Assembly (NCBI GenBank): GCA_963744995.1
Contig: CAVUWA010000004.1
Location: 320,001 to 384,000, forward strand
Reading direction: 5' to 3'
Source: Candidatus Eiseniibacteriota bacterium
GTDB taxonomy: Bacteria; Eisenbacteria; RBG-16-71-46
DNA: 64,000 nucleotides
Of the stretch, positions 1 through 11,467 are shown piece after piece. The position numbers were made by a program, and so were the translations under genes. Every line of letters starts with the position of its first letter. Position 1 is the first letter of the stretch. The notes below the pieces were generated by a model. It ran no database searches, was not told the origin of the DNA, and worked only from the letters and a program-made list of their open reading frames with translations.

Positions 1-2154
<2,154 letters not shown>

Positions 2155-2266
2155 GGGTCGGATCTCACGAGGTTGGAGTTCCGGGCAGGATAGCGGCAGC
2201 CGCCGCCGAGGTCACGCCGGCAGTGCAATCCCGGCGCCGCGGCGCGGGCCCCGCTGCGCCGCGGCG

Positions 2267-3328
2267 CTACGATGTCCCGCAGACCGCGCGCGTGGCCTGC
2301 TCGAGCACGGCCACCGGGTCGGCGCGGCCGCTCTTCCACGCCGCCTCGGCGCGGTACAGGGCGTCCAGCGCGGCGCCGAGGTCCCCCGGGCCGCGGCGCC
2401 GGGCGAGGGCCAGGCTCAGGTCCCTGTGGCGCGACCAGCCGCCGAGCGCGCCGCCGACCATGTTGGCGAGCGCCCACAGCACGAGCCCCTCTCCCGCCCC
2501 GGTGGCGAGCAGCCGGCCGAGCCGCTGCGCCGCGAGATCCTGGCGGCCGAGGGCGACGGCGGCGAGGTAGTCGGGCAGGTCGGCGCCCACCGTGGGTCGC
2601 ATCATGCGGGCGAGGTCGTCGGCGGTGATCGTCGTCCCGCCGCCGGGGCCGCCGGCGACCGTGCACAGCTTGTCGAGCTCGTTGAAGAACGCGAGCGCGT
2701 CGCCCTCGCAGGCATCGGCGAGCTGCTCGAGGACGCCGCGGTCGGCCTGGAGGCCCGCGAGCTGCGCCCGCATCGCGCCCCAGCGCAGCAGCGCCGGACG
2801 TTCCGGCGGCCACGCCACCCAGCGCTGGCGGCAGGCTGCGCGCAGCGGCTCGAGCGTCTTGCGCGCGCTGTCGGAAGCCGACTCGACGAGGATCAGGCTC
2901 GATCCGGCGACCGAGCGGGCGATGCCCGCGGCAAGCGCCGCGACCTTCTTCTCGCTGCGGCCGAGGGTTTCCACGTTCAGCACCAGCACCAGCTCGCGCG
3001 GGCTGAACAGGGACGTGCTCTGCAGGGCCGAGAGGATCGCCTCGACGTCGGACTCGCCGGCGCGGAACACGTTCGCACGCGGCGACTGCGGCACGTCGCG
3101 CGCCCACAGGCGCCGCAGCGCGGCAAGCATGGCGGCCTTGAGCGGCTCGCTCGGGCCTTCGACGTAGAGGCTGGCCGGGAAGCCTCCGCCCGCGACGCCC
3201 TCGAGGAGCGCGAGCCCGTCCGTGACCGGCGTCGCGGCGCGCGCGGTCGCGCGCGCGCGGCTACCAGCTCTGGACGGTGCGGCTGAGGATTTCTTCGGCG
3301 AGCTTGTCGATCGCTTCTTTGCGCCCAT
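2267..3328 (-). CDS. holA: DNA polymerase III subunit delta
   Basis: 353 aa with a SLFSPRELVLV motif, an ELDKL segment and the typical position next to lptE and leuS. Confidence 0.8.
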   Translation of the reverse strand: MGAKKRSTSSPKKSSAAPSRAGSRARATARAATPVTDGLALLEGVAGGGFPASLYVEGPSEPLKAAMLAALRRLWARDVPQSPRANVFRAGESDVEAILSALQSTSLFSPRELVLVLNVETLGRSEKKVAALAAGIARSVAGSSLILVESASDSARKTLEPLRAACRQRWVAWPPERPALLRWGAMRAQLAGLQADRGVLEQLADACEGDALAFFNELDKLCTVAGGPGGGTTITADDLARMMRPTVGADLPDYLAAVALGRQDLAAQRLGRLLATGAGEGLVLWALANMVGGALGGWSRHRDLSLALARRRGPGDLGAALDALYRAEAAWKSGRADPVAVLEQATRAVCGTS

Positions 3329-3779
3329 CGAGCTCGGTCTTCGCGGTCTGTCCGGGAACGTCCTGGACGTAGTAGTTGGCGCTCTTCACCAGATTGGGCT
3401 CGGTCCAGACCTCGCGGTTCTTCACGAGATCCTTGAACGTCACCTCCATGCCGATCGTCACGCGATACTCCTGCGCGCCGGTCTGCGCCTGGAAGCCGAA
3501 CACGGCGTTGTTGTACTGCGTGACCTTGCCGTGGAGCACCGCGTCCGCCGAGCGCTCGTCGACGACCTTGAGGTGGTTGTCGGCGACGAACTTCTGGATG
3601 ACCGCGTCGGTCACCTCCTGCTCGATCGTGTACTCGGTGGTCGCGTTCTCGAAGACCGGAATGGCGATGGTCTTCAGGTGTGCCGGCAGCAGCGCCGGAC
3701 TCGCCGTATAGGCGCAGGACCACGAGCCGCAGGCCACGAGCACGCCGAGCGCGCAGACGATGACGGAACGACGAATCAG
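3261..3779 (-). CDS. lptE: LPS-assembly lipoprotein LptE family
   Basis: Lipoprotein-type signal ending SWS-C, then LPAHLKTIAIPVFEN...ADAVLHGKV, ending ILSRTVQSW. The start is uncertain; a CTG at 3779 overlaps the upstream stop (CTGA). Confidence 0.8.
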   Translation of the reverse strand: MIRRSVIVCALGVLVACGSWSCAYTASPALLPAHLKTIAIPVFENATTEYTIEQEVTDAVIQKFVADNHLKVVDERSADAVLHGKVTQYNNAVFGFQAQTGAQEYRVTIGMEVTFKDLVKNREVWTEPNLVKSANYYVQDVPGQTAKTELDGRKEAIDKLAEEILSRTVQSW

Positions 3780-5215
3780 GGGCGTGTGGACTCCGTGGCG
3801 TCGGACGAGTCCTGGTGCGGTTCGATCGAGTACAGCTTCATGCGGTAGCGCAGCTTGTCCCGCTTGAGGTTCAGCACCTCCGCCGTCCGACTCTGGTTCC
3901 ACTTGGTAGCACACGAGGCACGCACGATCAAGGCACGCTCCAGCTCCTCCACGAGCTGCTCGAACGGGATGCCGTCCGCCGGAACCGGCCCGCCGTTGAG
4001 CGCCTCGTCGATGCGGCGGCCGAGCGTCATCTCGTCAGCGGCGCGCGCCCGCGGCGCCAGCTTGAGGTGCGCGGGCTCCAGCGTCTCGCCGTTTTCGAGC
4101 AGCACCGTGCGCTCGAACAGATTCTTGAGCTCGCGGATGTTGCCCGGCCACGGGTAGTCGATCAGGACGCGCTCGGCCTCGGGCGAGATCGCCTTGAAGG
4201 CCTTCTTGAACTGCTTGGCGAACCGGTCGAGGAACAGCTGGCTCAGCGGGATGATGTCCTCGTGACGCTCGCGCAGCGGCGGAACGTAGAGGGGAACCAC
4301 CTTGAGGCGGTAGTAGAGATCCTCGCGGAAGCCGCCTTCCTGCACCATGCGCTCGAGATCCTGATTGGTCGCCGAGACGATGCGGATGTTGACCGAAATG
4401 TCCTTGGTGCCGCCGACGCGCTTGAACGTACGCCGCTCCAGCACGCGCAGCAGCTTGACCTGCAGCATCGGATTCATCTCACCGATTTCGTCGAGGAACA
4501 GGGTGCCGCCCGTGGCCAGTTCCATCAGGCCCTGCTTCTGTGAGCGGGCGTCGGTGAACGCGCCCTTTTCGTGGCCGAACAGCTCGCTCTCCAGCAGCTC
4601 GCTCGGAATCGCCGCGCAGTTGATTTCGACGAACGGCTTGTCGTGGCGCGCACTCATGCGGTGGATCAGATTGGCGAAGTACTCCTTCCCCGTTCCGCTC
4701 TCGCCCTCGATCAGCACGCTGGTGTTGTCGCCGAGTGCGACCTGCTCGGCGATCGCGTACGCCTCCTGCATGCGCGGGCTGGAGGAGTGCAGGTAGTCCT
4801 CGTCGGAGAACGCGTGGTGGCGGAGGCGCTTGAGCTCGAGCCAGATCTTCTGCGATTCGAGCGCGCGTGCGGCCAGCGCCAGCAGTTCCTCGGTCTGGAA
4901 CGGCTTCTTGACGAACCAGAAGGCCCCGGCGCTCATCGCCTCGACGGCCGTCTCCAGCTCGCCGAAGGCGGTCATGAGGATCACCGGCAGCTCCGACTGC
5001 AGGCGCTTGATCTCCCGGAGCAGATCGATGCCGGTACCGTCCGGCAGCTTCAGGTCGAGGACGGCGAGGTCGGGCAGGTCTTGAGACAGGGCCTCCCTGG
5101 CCTCGCGGATGGAGGCGCAGTCGCGGACCACGTAGCCCTCCTCCTCGAGCGACTTCGTGACGAAGTGGCGGATGGAATCCTGATCATCCACCACCAGGAT
5201 GTTGGCCTTGCTCAT
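3776..5215 (-). CDS. Sigma54-dependent response regulator (REC-AAA+-HTH, NtrC/AtoC family)
   Basis: Receiver domain (VVDD, DLKLPD), GESGTGKE Walker A, ELFGHEKGAFTDA, FLDEIGEM, WPGNIREL and a C-terminal Fis-like HTH. Confidence 0.95.
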   Translation of the reverse strand: MSKANILVVDDQDSIRHFVTKSLEEEGYVVRDCASIREAREALSQDLPDLAVLDLKLPDGTGIDLLREIKRLQSELPVILMTAFGELETAVEAMSAGAFWFVKKPFQTEELLALAARALESQKIWLELKRLRHHAFSDEDYLHSSSPRMQEAYAIAEQVALGDNTSVLIEGESGTGKEYFANLIHRMSARHDKPFVEINCAAIPSELLESELFGHEKGAFTDARSQKQGLMELATGGTLFLDEIGEMNPMLQVKLLRVLERRTFKRVGGTKDISVNIRIVSATNQDLERMVQEGGFREDLYYRLKVVPLYVPPLRERHEDIIPLSQLFLDRFAKQFKKAFKAISPEAERVLIDYPWPGNIRELKNLFERTVLLENGETLEPAHLKLAPRARAADEMTLGRRIDEALNGGPVPADGIPFEQLVEELERALIVRASCATKWNQSRTAEVLNLKRDKLRYRMKLYSIEPHQDSSDATESTRP

Positions 5216-7164
5216 GACGTCCCTCCGTTGATTTCAAGGGGCAGTTCGACCATGAAGGTCGTGCCGCGTCCCGGTGTGCTCATGACGGACAGCATTCCGC
5301 CGTGGCGCTTCACGATGTCGTGGCAGATGTAGAGCCCGAGACCGGTGCCCCCCTGCTTGGTCGTGAAGAACGGCTCGAAAATGGTCTTCAGATGATCGGT
5401 GCCGATGCCGTTGCCGTGGTCGCGCACCTCCACCACGGCGCCCTGCGGGCGCGGATCGGCCGGCGTACCGTCGTCGCCGGTGCCGGGCGCGGCGGGTCGT
5501 ATCCGCACCTCGATCCGCTGGCCGGCTTCGGACGCTTCGATCGCGTTCTTGATCAGGTTGATGAACACCTGCATGAGCTGGTCGGCGTCGTGGGCGACGG
5601 GCGGGGTGCGTGGTCGCACCTCGATGCCGACCTCGACGCGCCGCGTATCGGCGAGCGTGCGCAGCACCTGCGCGGCCCGCCCGACCGTGTCCTCGATCGG
5701 CGCGGTGCGCGCCTGCAGCCCGCGCGGGTGGGTGATGTCGAACAGATCCTGCACGATGCGATCGAGTCGACGGATCTCGTCGAGGATGAACGTGATGTGC
5801 TCGCTTTCGGGGCCCGCCGCATCGAGGCGCTTCTGCAGGAACTGCACGCCGGCGGCGATGCCGGTGAGCGGATTGCGGATCTCGTGTGCGACGCTCGAGG
5901 TGAAGCGGCCGAGCGCCGCGAGGCGGTCGAGGCGCCGCGCGTGCTCTTCGGCGCGCTTGAGCGGTGTGAGGTCCACGAACGTGGCGATCGCACCGTAGAC
6001 GTTGCGTCGGTCGTTGCGCAGCAGCGAGGTCGAGAGGCTCACCGGCACGGGGCGCCCGTCGTGCGCGCGCAGCATGACCTCGCGCCGCGCGACCTCCTGC
6101 CCCTGCTCGAGCGTGAGCGCGAGCCAGTGTTCGCCCTCGGCGCCGAACAGGGCGCCGAACGGCTGCCCGACGACGTCCGGTTCACCGGCGCCCAGCAGTG
6201 CCTCGGCGGCCCGGTTGAAGGTGAGCACTTCGCCTTCCATGTTCACCGCCACGAGCGCGCCGGTCATGCTGTCGAGCACGTGTTCGCGGAAGCGCTCGCT
6301 CTTGCGCAGGTCCTGATAGAGCCGCGCGTTCTCGACCACCGGGGCCACCGACAGCGCGATCGATTCGAGCATCTGCGCGTCCGCCGGGGTGAGCCCGGCG
6401 CCGCCCTGCCGGCGGCCGACGGCGATCACGCCGAGCAGCGGCATCAGCTCGCAGCCCAGGCAATGGCGCTGGCGCTCTTCGCGGTCGTGCGCCCAGACTT
6501 CTGCGGCCGGGCCGGGCGGCGGCGCCACCACGCCCACGTCGCCGAGGATGCAGCGCACCCCGCACAGCTCGTGCGGCTCGGCCGCCGGCAGCACCGCATG
6601 GCTGCGCTGCAGCGGCACGCTCATCGTGCTGCTCAGGCGCTCGAGTGCGTCCTGGAGGGGATGCCCGTCCGGCAGCCGTGCCGGCGGATGCTGGCGCGCC
6701 GACTGGTGGACGATGGTGCGGTTGAACCAGAACGTGCGCGCGAGGGAACCCATGTCGCCGCGCAGCGGCACATCGAGCTCCGTCGAGCGCTCCCGTTCGC
6801 CGTGGCGGCTGGTCCACGTTCCGCTGAGCCGCTCGTGCTCGGCGTCCACCAGCAGCAGACACGCCTCTTCGAAGCCGTAGGCCCGGCACAGATAACGCGT
6901 CACCGTGCGGGTGGTCTCGGGGAGGTCCTGCGTCATCACCAGATGGCTGGCGACCTCGCGCAGCGAGACGAGCTGGACGTTGGTCTCGATCAGCCGGCGG
7001 TGGCTGCGCTCGAGCTCGTCGACCAGCTCTCCCAGGACGCGAACGAGGGCGTCGACATCGTCCGGCGCGGGCACGGGATCGCCCTGCGGGCGGTCGCCGA
7101 GACCCCGGACTTCGTCGATGCGCCGCAGCAGATGCTGCAGCGCGCCGTCCTGCGTGGTGGACAT
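5212..7164 (-). CDS. GAF-PAS sensor histidine kinase with Cys-rich insert
   Basis: H-box AHEIRNPL, N-box NLIKNAIEA, DHGNG, FFTTKQGGTGLGL; PAS (FNRAAEALLG) and an N-terminal GAF-like region; 4-nt overlap with the regulator gene. Confidence 0.93.
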   Translation of the reverse strand: MSTTQDGALQHLLRRIDEVRGLGDRPQGDPVPAPDDVDALVRVLGELVDELERSHRRLIETNVQLVSLREVASHLVMTQDLPETTRTVTRYLCRAYGFEEACLLLVDAEHERLSGTWTSRHGERERSTELDVPLRGDMGSLARTFWFNRTIVHQSARQHPPARLPDGHPLQDALERLSSTMSVPLQRSHAVLPAAEPHELCGVRCILGDVGVVAPPPGPAAEVWAHDREERQRHCLGCELMPLLGVIAVGRRQGGAGLTPADAQMLESIALSVAPVVENARLYQDLRKSERFREHVLDSMTGALVAVNMEGEVLTFNRAAEALLGAGEPDVVGQPFGALFGAEGEHWLALTLEQGQEVARREVMLRAHDGRPVPVSLSTSLLRNDRRNVYGAIATFVDLTPLKRAEEHARRLDRLAALGRFTSSVAHEIRNPLTGIAAGVQFLQKRLDAAGPESEHITFILDEIRRLDRIVQDLFDITHPRGLQARTAPIEDTVGRAAQVLRTLADTRRVEVGIEVRPRTPPVAHDADQLMQVFINLIKNAIEASEAGQRIEVRIRPAAPGTGDDGTPADPRPQGAVVEVRDHGNGIGTDHLKTIFEPFFTTKQGGTGLGLYICHDIVKRHGGMLSVMSTPGRGTTFMVELPLEINGGTS

Positions 7165-7333
7165 GGCGTCTCTGCCGCCGGAGGCGCAGGGGCTTGCCTC
7201 CGGGGGTCGGATGAATCCGACCGTCCGCGCGCCGGCTCAGGGCGGGAAGTGGCGGCGCGCGGTGGAACGTGGCTGAGTGGTCGAGTCGCTGCGTTGCCCG
7301 GTGGCTAACGCCTCTCGACCACGGCCGTTCGTG

Positions 7334-8464
7334 TCATGCGTCCGTGAAGTCGCGCACGCTGGTGGCGACGTAGCGAATCTGATCCTCCGTGAGCTCGGGA
7401 TAGATCGGCAGGGCGAGCGTCTCGTTCGCCGCGGCTTCCGAATGCGGCATGTCGCCGACCTTGTAGCCGAGGGTCGCGAAACACTTCTGCAGGTGCAACG
7501 GCACCGGGTAGTAGATCTCGGTGCCGACCCCGCGATCCTTCATGTGCTCGCGCAGCGCGTCGCGGCGCTCCACGCGGATCACGTACTGGTTGTAGATGTG
7601 GCGTGTGCGCGGATCGTGGTAGGGCCGGCCGAGCCGGGCGCCTTCGAACAGTTTGTTGTAGAGCGCCGCGTTGCGCGCGCGCGCCTCGCTCCAGCGGTCG
7701 AGGTGCGTGAGCTTCACGCGCAGGATCGCCGCCTGCAGTGCGTCGAGCCGCGAGTTGGTGCCGACCAGCGAGTGGTAGTACTTCGGGCGCGAGCCGTGCT
7801 CGCGCAGCAGGCGCACGCGGTCGGCCAGCGCCTCGTCCTGGGCGACGACCATGCCGCCGTCACCCGCGCCGCCGAGGTTCTTCGACGGGAAGAACGAGAA
7901 GCAGCCGAGGTCGGCCGTGCTGCCGGCGCGGCGTCCCTCCCACTCCGAGCCGATCGCCTGTGCGGCGTCTTCGATGAGGAAGATCTTGTGCTTCTCGCAC
8001 ACGCCCTTCACGGCGTCGAGGTCGCAGCACTGGCCGTACAGGTCGACCGCGATCACCGCCTTGGTGCGCGTGGTGACGGAGGCTTCGAGGCGGTGCGGGT
8101 CGATGTTGTACGTGCGCGGATCGATGTCCACGAACACCGGCGTCGCCCCGACGTTGGCGATCGCGCCGGCGGTGGCGAAGAACGAATAGGCGGTGGTGAT
8201 CACTTCGTCACCCGGGCCGACGTTCAGCGCGCGCAGCGCGAGCAGCAGGGCGTCCGTGCCGGACGCGCAGCCGATGCCGTACGCGCACTGCGAATAGCGG
8301 GCCACTTCGGCTTCGAGCGCCTTCACCTCGGGGCCGCCGATGAAGTACTGGCTCTCCATGACGCGGCGCACGGCCTCGTCGACGTCCTTGCGGATGTCGG
8401 CGTACTGGGCCTTGAGGTCCAGGAGCGGCACGTTCATGGTGGGACGGGTCGGGGTCGAGCTCAT
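7334..8464 (-). CDS. DegT/DnrJ/EryC1/StrS aminotransferase (WbpE-like)
   Basis: SGTDAL, IEDAAQAIG, SFFPSKNLGGAGDGG (PLP lysine) and NSRLDALQAA motifs. Confidence 0.93.
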   Translation of the reverse strand: MSSTPTRPTMNVPLLDLKAQYADIRKDVDEAVRRVMESQYFIGGPEVKALEAEVARYSQCAYGIGCASGTDALLLALRALNVGPGDEVITTAYSFFATAGAIANVGATPVFVDIDPRTYNIDPHRLEASVTTRTKAVIAVDLYGQCCDLDAVKGVCEKHKIFLIEDAAQAIGSEWEGRRAGSTADLGCFSFFPSKNLGGAGDGGMVVAQDEALADRVRLLREHGSRPKYYHSLVGTNSRLDALQAAILRVKLTHLDRWSEARARNAALYNKLFEGARLGRPYHDPRTRHIYNQYVIRVERRDALREHMKDRGVGTEIYYPVPLHLQKCFATLGYKVGDMPHSEAAANETLALPIYPELTEDQIRYVATSVRDFTDA

Positions 8465-8488
8465 GGCAGAATCACCTTTCGCGGCGGG

Positions 8489-9244
8489 TCACGCGTCCAC
8501 CCAGCCCTGGTTGTCGAGCAGCTGCTCGGCCGGAACGTCCCGCCACTTCCTGGCGGGGGTGCCCATGACGATCGTGCGCGGCTGGACGTCGCGCGTGACC
8601 ACGGAGCCGGCGGCCACCAGAGAGTCCTCGCCGATCGTGATGCCCGGCAGAAGCACGGCCCCCGCGCCGACGCGTCCGCCGCGCTTCACGGTCACGCCCT
8701 TGAAGTGCTTGAAGCGCTCGGCCGTGCGGCCGACGAAGTTGTCGTTCGACGTGACCACGCCGGGCGCGATGAACACGCGGTCCTCGAGCTCCGAATAGGC
8801 GGTAATGTAGCACTCGCTCTCGAGCTTGCAGTAGCGCCCGATCCTGCAGAAGTTCTCGACCGTGACGCCGCGCCCGACGATCGTGCCGCGTCCGATCGCC
8901 ACGTTCTCTCGAATCGTACAGAGGTCGGCCATCAGCACCTTCGACCCGATCGAGGCGCCGCGGTAGAGCACGACGCCGGTGCCGACGATGCAGGTTTCCC
9001 CCACCTCGAGCGGCGCCAGCTCCTGCTCCCTGGTGGTGGCGCTGTTGGCGGCGCGCATCGGCAGCTTGCCGAGCACCGCGTGGTCGTCGACGCGCACGTT
9101 GGCGCCGACGTGGGTGCCTTCGTGAATCACCACGTGGTGGCCGATCCGGCAGCCCGCGCCGATCGACACGTTCTCCCCCACGACGCAGCCTTCCCCGAAG
9201 GTCACGTCGTCGGCGATCTTCGCGCTCACCGGGACGACGCTCAC
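8489..9244 (-). CDS. Hexapeptide-repeat N-acetyltransferase (WbpD-like)
   Basis: C-terminal part of ORF 8489..10174; GTG start at 9244 overlaps the upstream stop; many hexapeptide repeats, ending VAAGSVVTRDV..GTPAR. Confidence 0.88.
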   Translation of the reverse strand: MSVVPVSAKIADDVTFGEGCVVGENVSIGAGCRIGHHVVIHEGTHVGANVRVDDHAVLGKLPMRAANSATTREQELAPLEVGETCIVGTGVVLYRGASIGSKVLMADLCTIRENVAIGRGTIVGRGVTVENFCRIGRYCKLESECYITAYSELEDRVFIAPGVVTSNDNFVGRTAERFKHFKGVTVKRGGRVGAGAVLLPGITIGEDSLVAAGSVVTRDVQPRTIVMGTPARKWRDVPAEQLLDNQGWVDA

Positions 9245-10275
9245 GACACCCCCTGCGTCGCCGCAATCGGAACCGGCCGGCCGCCCTGCTCGAGCGACGC
9301 CTGCGCCGCGGCGAGCACCTTCACCACGCGCAGGCCGCTCTCGCCGTCGGTGAGCGGCGTCCGGCGTTCGCGGATGCAGTCGACGAAATGCTGGCACTCG
9401 AGGCGCAGCGGCTCCTGCAGCGAGATCTTCGGGATCAGGATGTCCCCCGAGCGCACGGTGAGGGCGTCGCCGTAGGACACCACCTGGCCGGCGCGATCGA
9501 CGCCCTTGTCGTATACGCGGATCTTCTCGCTGGCTTCCATGTCGTCGAACACGACCATTTTCTGGCTGCCGACGACCGTGAACTTGCGCAGCTTGTGCGG
9601 ATCGAGCCACGACACGTGCACGTGCGCCAGGCGGCCGTCCGGAAAGCGCAGGTCCACGAACACGACGTCCTCGACCTTGCCCTGGAGGAACGCCGAGCCG
9701 CGCGCGACGACGTCCACCGGCTCCGCGTCGAGCAGGTGCAGGATCACCGACAGGTCGTGCGGGGCGAAGCTCCAGAGCGCGTTCTCGTCGCGGCGCACCT
9801 TGCCCAGGTTCACGCGCTGCGAGTAGATGTAGAGCAGGTCGCCCATCGCGCCGCTCGCGGCGAAGTCCTTCATGTACTTGACCGCCGGGTGGTAGAGCAG
9901 CAGGTGGCCGACCATCAGCACGGCCTTCTTCTCGCGCGCCAGGCGCACGAGCGTCTCCGCGTCCTCGACCTGCAGCGTGAGCGGTTTCTCGACGAACACG
10001 TCCTTGCCGGCCTCGAGCAGCGTGCGGGCGAGCACGAAGTGATGCACCGCCGAAGCGGACACCACGACGCCGCGCACGGCAGGGTCGGCGGCGACGTCGG
10101 CGACGTCCGCGACCGCGCGCACGCCCGGATAACGGGCGACGGTCTTCTGCAGCCGGTCCGGGTCCGCGTCGCACAGCGCGACCAGCTCCGCACCGGGAAG
10201 GTTCGCGAAGTTGCGGACGAGGTTCGCGCCCCAGTCCCCGGTACCGACGACGGCGATTCCGATGCGATCGCTCAA
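9241..10275 (-). CDS. Gfo/Idh/MocA oxidoreductase (WbpB-like)
   Basis: VVGTGDWG, VFVEKP, MVGH and APHD motifs; TTG start at 10275 with SD AGGGAG. Confidence 0.9.
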   Translation of the reverse strand: MSDRIGIAVVGTGDWGANLVRNFANLPGAELVALCDADPDRLQKTVARYPGVRAVADVADVAADPAVRGVVVSASAVHHFVLARTLLEAGKDVFVEKPLTLQVEDAETLVRLAREKKAVLMVGHLLLYHPAVKYMKDFAASGAMGDLLYIYSQRVNLGKVRRDENALWSFAPHDLSVILHLLDAEPVDVVARGSAFLQGKVEDVVFVDLRFPDGRLAHVHVSWLDPHKLRKFTVVGSQKMVVFDDMEASEKIRVYDKGVDRAGQVVSYGDALTVRSGDILIPKISLQEPLRLECQHFVDCIRERRTPLTDGESGLRVVKVLAAAQASLEQGGRPVPIAATQGVS

Positions 10276-10338
10276 GCGAAGTCTCCCTGTGAGTCGGTGT
10301 TCATGCGCGGCAGCGCGCATTCCTGAAGCGGGCGAGCG

Positions 10339-10367
10339 AGGATAGCAACGCCTCCCATGGGGGTCAA
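10339..10367 (-). promoter_or_regulatory. Putative sigma70 promoter of the wbpB-D-E-like genes
   Basis: Minus strand TTGACC-N17-TATCCT with TG upstream of the -10, about 65 nt before the TTG start. Confidence 0.55.
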
Positions 10368-10381
10368 AGGTCGGCGATCGC

Positions 10382-11392
10382 TCACGCCGCCCTCCGGCGG
10401 TAGGCCTGTACGCGGTTGCGACCGTTACGCTTGGCCTCGTAGAGGGCGCGGTCCGACATCATGATCAGCGAGTGCGCGTCGGTGGCGTCGTCCGGGAACG
10501 TGGCGACGCCGAGGCTCACCGTGATCGTGCCCGCCGCCGCCAGCGGGAAGTCGTGCTGCTCGATGCTGAGCCGCATGCGCTCCGCGACCACCATGGCGCC
10601 CTCGAGTTCGGTCTGCGGCAGGATGATCGTGAACTCGTCGCCGCCGTACTTGGCGATCAGGTCGAACGATCGCACCTGCGACACGAATCGCCCGGCGATC
10701 AGCTTGAGCAGGTGGCTGCCGCGCAGATGGCCGTGACGGTCGTTGTAGGACTTGAGGTTGTCGACGTCCACCATCAGGATCGAGAGCTTCTGGCGGAAGC
10801 GGCCGGCGCGCTTGATCTCGCGGCGCAGCGCGCTCTTCAGGAAGCGGTAGTTGTAGACCTGGGTGAGGTCGTCGGTGATCGCGAGCTTCTCGACGCTCGC
10901 GGCGAGGCGCTGGTTGTCGAGCGTCTGCGAGATCCACACCGCGAGCAGCGTGGCGAGCGCGCATTCGTGCTCGGAGAAGCGCGGCGAGCCCTTCTGCCGG
11001 TAGATCGCCAGGTAGCCCGGCGTCTGCGCGCGCAGGCGGAGCGGGATGAACAGCGCCGGCCCCGATTCGAGACCGTCGCAGCGGTCGTCTTCCCCCACCC
11101 GGCCGTCGCGCGAGAGGTCCGGCGAGTACACGGGCACCCCGCCGCGCACCAGCAGCCGCGTGAACTCGCTGCCGCCGGGCGGCGCTTCGAGGCGCTGCGG
11201 CTCGGCCAGGTTCCCCGGCTGCACCCAGCGCCGGCCGTGGCCGCGGCCGGGGAGCATCACCACGACGCCGTGCGCGTCCGTCAGCGACAGCGCGACCTCG
11301 ATGGCGCGCTGGATGACGGCTGCGCGAGAACGACCGACCGGACGGCCGGACGGCTCGATGAGCGCGTCGAGAAGTCTCTCGAGATGGAACAT
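10382..11392 (-). CDS. GAF-GGDEF diguanylate cyclase
   Basis: TDDLTQVYN, DVDNLKSYNDRHGH, intact GGDEF, RSFD I-site (RxxD) and an N-terminal GAF-like domain. Confidence 0.93.
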   Translation of the reverse strand: MFHLERLLDALIEPSGRPVGRSRAAVIQRAIEVALSLTDAHGVVVMLPGRGHGRRWVQPGNLAEPQRLEAPPGGSEFTRLLVRGGVPVYSPDLSRDGRVGEDDRCDGLESGPALFIPLRLRAQTPGYLAIYRQKGSPRFSEHECALATLLAVWISQTLDNQRLAASVEKLAITDDLTQVYNYRFLKSALRREIKRAGRFRQKLSILMVDVDNLKSYNDRHGHLRGSHLLKLIAGRFVSQVRSFDLIAKYGGDEFTIILPQTELEGAMVVAERMRLSIEQHDFPLAAAGTITVSLGVATFPDDATDAHSLIMMSDRALYEAKRNGRNRVQAYRRRAA

Positions 11393-11437
11393 GGCGGATC
11401 CCCGGGCCTGCGAAGCGGACGGTACCGCCTGGTTGCT

Positions 11438-11454
11438 CGCAACCGCTATGCCAA
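11438..11454 (-). promoter_or_regulatory. Sigma54 (-24/-12) promoter upstream of the diguanylate cyclase
   Basis: Minus strand TTGGCATAGCGGTTGCG gives GG-N10-GC in a TGGCA...TTGC context, about 45 nt upstream of ATG 11392. Confidence 0.72.
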
Positions 11455-11467
11455 GAGAAGCACGGGG

